This document shows positions 25,327-32,313 of a stretch of 32,313 nucleotides of DNA, piece after piece. How positions within the stretch are numbered: position 1 is the first letter of the stretch; every line of letters starts with the position of its first letter. Made by a program: the position numbers and the translations under genes. Source of the DNA: an uncultured Candidatus Saccharibacteria bacterium (lineage in GTDB: Bacteria > Patescibacteriota > Saccharimonadia > Saccharimonadales > Saccharimonadaceae); NCBI GenBank assembly GCA_964594565.1, contig CAZQMP010000002.1, positions 1,436-33,748 on the forward strand, written 5' to 3'. The notes under the pieces were generated by a model. It was not told the DNA's origin, did no database searches, and saw only the letters and a list, made by a program, of their open reading frames with translations.

Positions 25327-26877
25327 ATGAGTCTGCTTAATTTTAAAAAACCTAAGCCGAACGAAGCCGGAAATGGTTCAGAAAATGGCGCGACGCCACC
25401 GCCGCCGGTTGATGCTGCTGTCCTTGCGGAACTTGCTTTGAAAACAATCCATGACGGCGTTATTATCGTCAACAAAGCCGGGGTGATTCGCTTTTTGAAT
25501 CCGGCCGCGATTGATATGCTTGGGATTGAAAAAGCCGACAATGCGGTCAATCTCGACATCGCGCTTGTGATGAAGTTCGAAATGACGGACGGAACGCGGA
25601 TTGATTCTTCAAACAACGATTTGGTAAAATACATAAAAGCCAACACTCCTTTTGAAACAAAGGATTATGTGCTTGTTTCTGCGTTGTCCGACAAAAAGAC
25701 ACCAGTCGCACTGACGATGACGCCAACAGGAAATTCCGGAAGCGATAAAATCATAACGTTCAGAAACATCGCGAAGGAACTTGAGGAAGAGGGCGCACAA
25801 GCAGAATTTATTTCTACTGCTTCGCACGAAATGCGTACGCCAGTTGCTTCGATTGAAGGCTATCTCGGTCTTGCCTTGAACCCTCAAACTGCGACGATTG
25901 ATGCGCGTGCTCGCCAATATCTCGAATCGGCTCATTCCGCCTCACAGCGGCTTGGAAACTTGTTTAAGGATTTGCTCGACGTAACAAAACTCGAAGATAA
26001 CCGCGTAAAAGTACGCCCGGTTCCGATTGAGTTGGTTGGATTTGTAAAAAAGTTTGCGGACGAATATATCCCGAAATTCAAAGAAAAAAATATTACTTAT
26101 AGTTTCGGGGCGGAAAAAGCAAAAACAAGTCGTTTCGGCGGGGGTGGTGGCGCTCAAAAAACCATCGGCCAAGTCGTATATACGTTTGCGGACGTGGATT
26201 TTTTGGGTGAAATTCTCGCAAACTTAATCGAAAACGCAATAAAATACACCCCGATTGGTGGGGCGGTTTGGGTCAATGTTCAAGGCGACGGCGACCGTGC
26301 GCTTATCAACGTAACCGACACCGGAATCGGAATCGCGGCGGAAGACCTCCAGCATATTTTCCAGAAATTCTATCGCGCCGATAACTCCCAGACACGTACA
26401 GTCGGCGGAACCGGACTTGGACTTTATATCGTTAAACAACGTACGGAAGCGATGGACGGACGCGTTTGGGCGGAAAGTGCCTTTGGAGAAGGTTCGACTT
26501 TTTATGTTTCCCTGCCACGTCTTTCTCAAGAAGAATACGAGAAGCGTCAAATTGCCGTGAAAAACCAAGCCGCAGTCCAAATGTTCGCCGAGACTCCGCT
26601 TTCGATGAACGCAAAGACCGGCTCGATGGCGACCAGCTTAGCTCCTGCTCCGGGTCAGCCAATGATTCAACAAACCCAGGCTTTTGCCCCGCAAATGACG
26701 GCGATGCCGACTGTCGGCACAGCGCCAACTTTGCAGCCTTTACAACAGCCAGCTCAGCCAATACAACAACCAATGCCGCAGCCAATCCAACCCGCGCCGC
26801 AAATCCCTCAAGCTCCAGTCCAGCCTGCTCCGCCGGGAGCTCCCTCTATTCAAAACGCACAAAATATAATACAATAA
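25327..26877 (+). CDS. Soluble PAS-domain sensor histidine kinase with a Pro/Gln-rich tail
   Basis: PAS (DGVIIVN..G.I...NPAA), H-box ASHEMRTP, N-box NLIENAIKYT, DTGIGI, F-box, GTGLGL; no TM helix. Confidence 0.95.
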   Translation: MSLLNFKKPKPNEAGNGSENGATPPPPVDAAVLAELALKTIHDGVIIVNKAGVIRFLNPAAIDMLGIEKADNAVNLDIALVMKFEMTDGTRIDSSNNDLVKYIKANTPFETKDYVLVSALSDKKTPVALTMTPTGNSGSDKIITFRNIAKELEEEGAQAEFISTASHEMRTPVASIEGYLGLALNPQTATIDARARQYLESAHSASQRLGNLFKDLLDVTKLEDNRVKVRPVPIELVGFVKKFADEYIPKFKEKNITYSFGAEKAKTSRFGGGGGAQKTIGQVVYTFADVDFLGEILANLIENAIKYTPIGGAVWVNVQGDGDRALINVTDTGIGIAAEDLQHIFQKFYRADNSQTRTVGGTGLGLYIVKQRTEAMDGRVWAESAFGEGSTFYVSLPRLSQEEYEKRQIAVKNQAAVQMFAETPLSMNAKTGSMATSLAPAPGQPMIQQTQAFAPQMTAMPTVGTAPTLQPLQQPAQPIQQPMPQPIQPAPQIPQAPVQPAPPGAPSIQNAQNIIQ

Positions 26878-26899
26878 GATAAATGGAGGAGACAGAATT

Positions 26900-27607
26900 A
26901 TGACAAAAATTATGGTAGTCGAGGACGATCAGAGCCTCCGCGAGATTTATTCAATTAGATTAACTGCTGAAGGATACGAAGTTGTTTCGGCCGGAGACGG
27001 CGAGGAAGCTTTGGCGATTGCTGTGAAAGAAAAACCGGATTTGATTCTTTCGGATGTAATGATGCCAAAAATTTCCGGGTTTGATATGTTGGACATTTTG
27101 CGTTCAACCCCCGAAACAAAGTCGATAAAAGTGATTATGATGACAGCGCTCTCGTCGGATGACCAGAGAAAACGCGGAGAAGGTCTTGGCGCGGATAAGT
27201 ACCTCGTTAAGAGCCAGGTCGGGATCGAAGACGTGATTACCGCAATTAAGGAAGTCCTTGGAGGAGCTCCTTCGCCTACGCTTCAGCAGCAAGCCATGGC
27301 GGACGCCCCCGCAGAAGTTGCTCAAGCCGCCGGAATTGCCCCGACAGCGGCTCCTGCTGCACCTGCACAAGCCCCCGTTGCTGCGCCTGCGGTCGCGCCT
27401 ACAGCCCCAGTACAGCCCGCTCCGGCCCCCGTTGCTGCGCCTGCTCCGGTTGCACCTGAAGCTCCAGTACAAGCTCCTGCCGCCCCCGCTCAACCAGTTC
27501 AACCTGTTCAACCCGTCGCCCAACCTGCTCCAGTAGCCCCTGCCCCACAAGGAGAAGTCAATGCAGCCCCAGTCGCCCCAAGCGCCCCAGCCGCTCCGGC
27601 TCAATAA
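26900..27607 (+). CDS. Response regulator: receiver domain plus Pro/Ala-rich tail, no DNA-binding domain
   Basis: VVEDD, LILSDVMMP (phospho-Asp), MMTA, YLVK; GGAGG SD. Confidence 0.93.
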   Translation: MTKIMVVEDDQSLREIYSIRLTAEGYEVVSAGDGEEALAIAVKEKPDLILSDVMMPKISGFDMLDILRSTPETKSIKVIMMTALSSDDQRKRGEGLGADKYLVKSQVGIEDVITAIKEVLGGAPSPTLQQQAMADAPAEVAQAAGIAPTAAPAAPAQAPVAAPAVAPTAPVQPAPAPVAAPAPVAPEAPVQAPAAPAQPVQPVQPVAQPAPVAPAPQGEVNAAPVAPSAPAAPAQ

Positions 27608-28265
27608 ATATCTTGCTGAAAGACTCGGTATTTCTCGTCGCGAAGCAGACGATTTGATTGCGAGCGGGAAGGTTTTTGTTAACGAAAAGCGTGCAGAACT
27701 CGGCATGCGAGTTTTTGAAGGTCAGGAAGTTAGGCTCGGAGACGAAATTGTTCCGTTCGAGAACTCTTATATTTATCTCGCGTTCAATAAACCGGTGGGG
27801 TATGTTTGTTCGCGGAAACGTCAAGGTGAAACGCCGACTATTTATGAGCTACTTCCGGAAGAATATCGAACGCTAAAAACCGTCGGTCGGCTTGATAAAG
27901 ACTCTTCGGGCTTGATTTTATTCACAAACGACGGAGATTTTGCGTTTAGAATGACGCATCCGAAGTTCCACAAGATAAAAGTTTATCATGTCGAACTCGA
28001 TCGAGACCTCGAGCCGCTTCATCAACAAATGATTGCGGATTTTGGGGTCCAACTTCCAGACGGCGTTTCTAAACTTGGGCTGGCGAGGCTTCGAGACAGC
28101 GACCGAAAAGGCTTTGAAGTGACGATGAGCGAAGGACGGAATCGCCAAATCCGCCGGACATTTGCGGCGCTTGGCTATGAAGTCAAAAAACTCCACCGAA
28201 TCCAATTCGGGAATTACGAACTTTCCGGACTTAAGACCGGAGAATACGAAAAGTTTAGAATTTAG
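27561..28265 (+). CDS. rRNA pseudouridine synthase, RsuA/RluB/RluF family
   Basis: S4 domain RLNKYLA...SRREAD, NKP.G, GRLDKDSSGL (catalytic Asp), EGRNRQIRR; AAGGAG SD before ATG 27561. Confidence 0.95.
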   Translation: MQPQSPQAPQPLRLNKYLAERLGISRREADDLIASGKVFVNEKRAELGMRVFEGQEVRLGDEIVPFENSYIYLAFNKPVGYVCSRKRQGETPTIYELLPEEYRTLKTVGRLDKDSSGLILFTNDGDFAFRMTHPKFHKIKVYHVELDRDLEPLHQQMIADFGVQLPDGVSKLGLARLRDSDRKGFEVTMSEGRNRQIRRTFAALGYEVKKLHRIQFGNYELSGLKTGEYEKFRI

Positions 28266-29573
28266 TTAGTGGCTAAGGAGTTTTGTCAGCTTTGCTTTTA
28301 GGCCCTTCGCTTCGGGAGCAGCAAGAAGGGTGTCGACGGCGACGCGCAAAAGACCGAGAGCAGTGATGAATGAGCTGTCGAGGAGGAGAGATTCGTCTTC
28401 ATCTTCAGGTAAAATGAAATCGGGGAGTGAGAACGGGTCGAGAAGGTGGACGAGTGGACGTTTTTCAAAAGAAAGATGTTTAAACCAGTCGCCAGTTGCA
28501 AGCGCCTCTTCGAGAGGCAAAAGATTTGAGCTTCCTCCGGACAAGAAAATATCTTCCGGTAAAGGCGAGACATTTTTAAATTCTTCAAGCGCGAGAGAAA
28601 CTCCGGCGAGCCAAACCGACAAACTGCGCGAAAGAGCGCCGGTCGTTTTGTTAATAATGGCGTCAGAAAGGGCTTCGTCATCTTCGAGATTGACTTTGTA
28701 TTTTTCTGCAGTAGCGAGTTTTACGCCGAGCGATTCGGAAACTTGGCGTGTGAAAGCCTGACCGGCGATGTTAAACATTTTTGTTCCGCAAATTCCACCA
28801 GCATCAATCACGGCGATGTCGGTCGTCCCGCCGCCAATATCAATCAACACAGCCGAAAAATCAACATCGACTTCGTCGCCGAGACAAGCGCGACAAACCG
28901 CGAACGGTTCGACAACAACCGCGAGCAAATCAAGTTCGAGTTCGACACAAACTTTTTCAATCGCAGAAACGGCAATCGCCGGGGCAAACGCGGTATAATA
29001 TTCGATTAAAACTTCGCCACCTTTAAAACCGACGGGGTTGTTGATTTTATAGCCATCAATCGAAAGTGAGACGAGCGCGGAGTTAATTAACGAAAGCTCG
29101 ACTTCAGGATTGTCAGTTTCGAGGGAAAGTTCGGTTTTGACTTTTTCTTCGGCGCGCGATTCGATTTTTTCGAGTAGCTCACGAAGTTCAGATTCGGTTA
29201 TCGACTTGTTCGGAGAATCGCGACGATAGCGAATCGTCGTCGTCGAGCCTTTGACGAGTTCCCCAGAAATTCCGACGACAACGGCTTTTGCACGTTCGCC
29301 GGTTTTCTTTTCGAGTTCGGAAAGGGCGTCTTCACAAGACGTAACAACGCCAGGAATATCCGCGATTGCACCGCCGGACATATTTCCGGGGGCTTGGCGG
29401 GATTTTGAAAATCCGAGCAGTTTCAGTTTTCCGGACTTTAAAGTGTCTTTGAAACGAATGACTTTTTCGGGCTTGTCCGGGTCGACGGGCGTCGCAAGGG
29501 CACACTTAACAAACTCCGAACCAATATCGAGAGCGAGCAAAGTATGTCTTGGCTCAGTTTGTTTAGAGCTCAT
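28266..29573 (-). CDS. FtsA-like actin-fold ATPase (no adjacent ftsZ)
   Basis: LALDIGSEFVK (phosphate 1), VVEPFA, LIDIGGGTTD (phosphate 2), AE..K, LSGGSSNL (adenosine), basic amphipathic C-terminus. Start moved to ATG 29573, 6 nt after TATACT. Confidence 0.85.
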   Translation of the reverse strand: MSSKQTEPRHTLLALDIGSEFVKCALATPVDPDKPEKVIRFKDTLKSGKLKLLGFSKSRQAPGNMSGGAIADIPGVVTSCEDALSELEKKTGERAKAVVVGISGELVKGSTTTIRYRRDSPNKSITESELRELLEKIESRAEEKVKTELSLETDNPEVELSLINSALVSLSIDGYKINNPVGFKGGEVLIEYYTAFAPAIAVSAIEKVCVELELDLLAVVVEPFAVCRACLGDEVDVDFSAVLIDIGGGTTDIAVIDAGGICGTKMFNIAGQAFTRQVSESLGVKLATAEKYKVNLEDDEALSDAIINKTTGALSRSLSVWLAGVSLALEEFKNVSPLPEDIFLSGGSSNLLPLEEALATGDWFKHLSFEKRPLVHLLDPFSLPDFILPEDEDESLLLDSSFITALGLLRVAVDTLLAAPEAKGLKAKLTKLLSH

Positions 29574-29600
29574 GAATAAAGTATAAGCCAAATTTGAAAA

Positions 29601-31478
29601 TTATTCAAGGACGGCTTTTATGCGGCGAACGCCGGCCGAGGAAGATTCTTCTTTTTTGATTTTGAATTTGCCGAGGACGCCGGTGTGTTCGACGTGTGGA
29701 CCGCCACAAACTTCGCGAGAAACCGGGTTTTCAAAATCGCCGATTGTGTAGACTTTTAATTTTTCAGGATACTTTTCCCAGAATTGGCCGTGCGCCTTCA
29801 AAACATTTCGGGCGTAGTCTTTATCGTATTCCGCAAAAACAACCGGAAGATCGGCGGCGATCCAGCTATTGACTTGGTCTTCGACGGTTTTAATTTCTTC
29901 GGGCGTCATTTTATGGTCGAGATTAAAATCGAAACGAACACGTTCAGAAGTAATGTTAGAGCCTTTCTGGCAGGCGTCTTTTGAAATGTGTTTTTGGAGC
30001 GCAGCGAGAAGAAGGTGAGTTGCGGTATGGTATTTTACGGTTTGTTCGCCGTGGTCTTCGAGACCGCCTTTAAACATACCTTTCGAGGCAGTCTTTGAGC
30101 GTTCGCGTTGCTCGTTAAGCGCAGCGTCGAATTCGGCTTTGTAATTTTCCGAAAGTTCAATTCCCTGGCGGAAAGCTTCTTCGACGGAAATTTCAAACGG
30201 GAAGCCGTAAGTATCCTGGAGCTTAAACAAGTCTGCTCCGTCGAGGCTCTTTGCGCGGGCCATTTTTGTCATTTCTTTAAGACCGCGGTTTAAAGTCGAG
30301 CGGAAGGCTTTTTCTTCCTTTTCAAGAATTTCGAGAGCATGCTCACGATTCGTCAAAATCGAGTCCGGAAGAGATTTATATTCGTCGGAAATCGTCGAGA
30401 TGGTTTCGCGGAGAAAATCTTGCGCGATACCGAGATCGAGAGCCTTTAAAATCGCGCGGCGAATAAGGCGGCGGAGGGCATAACCTTGGGCCTTGTTGCT
30501 TGGGGCGAGGCCCTGCGCAGCGAGGAGGTAAGCTCCGCGCAAATGGTCGCAGATGATGCGCATTTCGTCGGTACTGTTTTCGTAAGTTTTTCCGGAAAGA
30601 GTTTCGAGCTTTTCGATAATCGGGCGCATGAGCGAGATTCTAAAGACGTCAAAGCTACCCATCGACGCCGCCGCGAGGCGTTCAAGCCCGCCGCCAAAGT
30701 CGACGTTTTTGTGTTCAAGTTCAGAAAAACTACCGTCTTCGTTTCGGCGATATTGCATGAAAACTTGGTTCCCGATTTCCATGAAGCGAGCGCCGTCGGA
30801 AGCGGGATGGCTTTTGCCATATTTTTCGACGTCTTGTTTGTCTTCGCCGAAATCGTAAAAAACTTCACTATCTGGTCCGCAAGGATCGCCGATTGGCGTG
30901 GTTTCGATTCCGCCGCCGCGACTCCACCAGTTTTCTTTGTCGTTGTAGAAGAAAATTCGTTCGTCATCTTTAATTCCGCGTTTGTCACCATTTTCAGCGG
31001 TATCCATGTCGACGATTTTCGCTTCGATCCCAGCTTCTTTAAAGACAGATTGCCAGATTTTCGCAGCTTCGAGGTCCTTCGGAATGCCATATTTTTCTGA
31101 GCCGATGAAACAAGTGACGAAAATCTTCTCGGGGTCGAGGCCGATTTCTTTCGTCAAAAATTCAAAATAATTTCGGATTTGTTCTTCTTTAAAATAATCG
31201 CCGAGTGACCAGTTTCCGAGCATCTCGAAAACAGTCGTATGGCGCGGGTCGCCAACATCTTCGATATCTTGGAGACGAAGGCAAGGTTGAGAATCGGTCA
31301 AACGAGTTCCGTCAGGATGTTTCTCGCCAAGAAGATAGCGCAAAAGCGGCTGCATGCCTGAGCCGGTAAACAGAGTGGTCGGGTCATTCTCGAGGACGAG
31401 AGGAGCCGGGGCGATAACTTTGTGACCTTTTTTAACTTGAAAATCTAAATATTTTTGACGGATTTCGCTTGCATTCAT
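29601..31478 (-). CDS. alaS: Alanine--tRNA ligase, short form lacking the C-Ala domain
   Basis: DPT.LFT.SGM, RHTTVFEMLGNWS.GDYFKE, GPDSE, DFGGGLERL, DH.R, FKLQDTYGFP, editing HTATH and CGGPH; ends at GVRRIKA. Confidence 0.97.
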   Translation of the reverse strand: MNASEIRQKYLDFQVKKGHKVIAPAPLVLENDPTTLFTGSGMQPLLRYLLGEKHPDGTRLTDSQPCLRLQDIEDVGDPRHTTVFEMLGNWSLGDYFKEEQIRNYFEFLTKEIGLDPEKIFVTCFIGSEKYGIPKDLEAAKIWQSVFKEAGIEAKIVDMDTAENGDKRGIKDDERIFFYNDKENWWSRGGGIETTPIGDPCGPDSEVFYDFGEDKQDVEKYGKSHPASDGARFMEIGNQVFMQYRRNEDGSFSELEHKNVDFGGGLERLAAASMGSFDVFRISLMRPIIEKLETLSGKTYENSTDEMRIICDHLRGAYLLAAQGLAPSNKAQGYALRRLIRRAILKALDLGIAQDFLRETISTISDEYKSLPDSILTNREHALEILEKEEKAFRSTLNRGLKEMTKMARAKSLDGADLFKLQDTYGFPFEISVEEAFRQGIELSENYKAEFDAALNEQRERSKTASKGMFKGGLEDHGEQTVKYHTATHLLLAALQKHISKDACQKGSNITSERVRFDFNLDHKMTPEEIKTVEDQVNSWIAADLPVVFAEYDKDYARNVLKAHGQFWEKYPEKLKVYTIGDFENPVSREVCGGPHVEHTGVLGKFKIKKEESSSAGVRRIKAVLE

Positions 31479-31509
31479 GATTAATTATTATACCATGAAG
31501 CCTGCTCAA

Positions 31510-32313
31510 TTAGCAAACAATTCCGCCACCAAGACAGATGTCGCCTGCGTAAAAGACGACAGATTGACCCGAAGCAGGACGCTTGATTTCTTCAGCTAAA
31601 ATAACTTTTTTGCCGTCAAAGCGCGCGGGAAGAAGCGGGGCACGGTGACGAATGCGGATTTTGATTTCTCCGGATTCAGGCAAATCAGATTTATCGCGGA
31701 GGAAGATATTTTCGAGGGGGATTTCCTTTGTCCAAAGGTCCTTTGCGTTTAGGTTTTTTGAGACATAGACAATGTTTTTCTCGAGGTCCTTTTTGACGAC
31801 ATAATAGGGCAAGCCACCGCCGACATAGAGTCCGTGACGTTGACCGAGAGTATAGAAAACTGCGCCGTCGTGCGCGCCGAGGACTTTGTCGGTTTCGAGT
31901 TCGCGGATTTCGCCGGGCTTTACGTCGATATATTCACGAAGAAAATCCTTCATGCCGACATCGCCGACAAAACAGACTCCCATCGACTCCTTTTTATAGG
32001 CATTCGCGAGACCGTGGGCCTTCGCAAACTCTTTTACTTCCGGTTTTTTCATGTCGGAGAGCGGGAACAGAGTTTTTTCAACTGCTTCCTTTGAAATACG
32101 ATAGAGAAAATATGTTTGGTCTTTGTTCTCGTCGAGAGCAAGTTTAAGTTTTCCGTCTTCGGACTTTGCGTAATGGCCGGTCGCGATAAAATCGGCGCCG
32201 CGTTTCAAAGATTCTTCGAAGAAAAGTTTGAATTTTATTTCTTCGTTGCACATGATGTCGGGGTTTGGCGTGCGTCCGGCTTTAAACTCAGCGAGCATGT
32301 AATCGACGACTTT
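31510..32313 (-). CDS. mnmA: tRNA 2-thiouridine(34) synthase MnmA (5'-truncated by the window edge)
   Basis: GRTPNPDIMCN..IKF, ATGHYA, KDQTYFL, ESMGVCF, YTLGQR.GL, GQSVVFY...CLGGG. Confidence 0.98.
   Translation of the reverse strand, partial: KVVDYMLAEFKAGRTPNPDIMCNEEIKFKLFFEESLKRGADFIATGHYAKSEDGKLKLALDENKDQTYFLYRISKEAVEKTLFPLSDMKKPEVKEFAKAHGLANAYKKESMGVCFVGDVGMKDFLREYIDVKPGEIRELETDKVLGAHDGAVFYTLGQRHGLYVGGGLPYYVVKKDLEKNIVYVSKNLNAKDLWTKEIPLENIFLRDKSDLPESGEIKIRIRHRAPLLPARFDGKKVILAEEIKRPASGQSVVFYAGDICLGGGIVC

Noticed and set aside
25278-25646. N-terminal 123-aa extension of the 714-aa ORF
   Set aside because: It overlaps the histidine kinase on the opposite strand; ATG 25277 has a well-placed extended -10 and starts the recognisable domain.
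30446-31100. 214-aa and 204-aa alternative-frame ORFs inside alaS, and similar ones inside gatA, uvrB, obg and the LysM-CHAP gene
   Set aside because: No recognisable motifs or initiation signals; expected from codon bias in off-frames.

Overview
Compact, mostly minus-strand bacterial chromosome segment (genetic code 11). Gene content and style fit a Saccharibacteria/Patescibacteria (CPR) genome: short AlaRS, a stand-alone FtsA paralogue, a baseplate-J-like membrane protein and near-zero intergenic spacing. This taxonomy is inferred, not proven. Housekeeping genes are ung, gatCAB, uvrB, obg, alaS, a partial mnmA, a pseudouridine synthase, a dCMP deaminase and a two-component pair. They are interleaved with large uncharacterised envelope proteins: two tandem paralogous membrane proteins (one missed by the ORF track), a cutinase-vWA protein and a 1381-aa repeat-stalk protein tipped with an HExxH peptidase. 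Most notable observations: (1) an unannotated ~140-nt structured RNA candidate at ~19174-19311 (-), with its own sigma70-type promoter lying in a perfect 28-bp palindrome, a four-way junction, an A/C-rich loop and a terminator-like hairpin; (2) an in-frame YqgF/RuvX nuclease-TM-MltG fusion within a coupled envelope operon (baseplate-J-like, YqgF-MltG, LysM-CHAP) near an orphan FtsA-like ATPase; (3) a membrane-anchored HEPN-motif protein inserted between gatA and gatB; (4) repeated extended -10 boxes 6-9 nt before ATG, suggesting leaderless transcription. No rRNA, tRNA, CRISPR array or mobile element was recognised.
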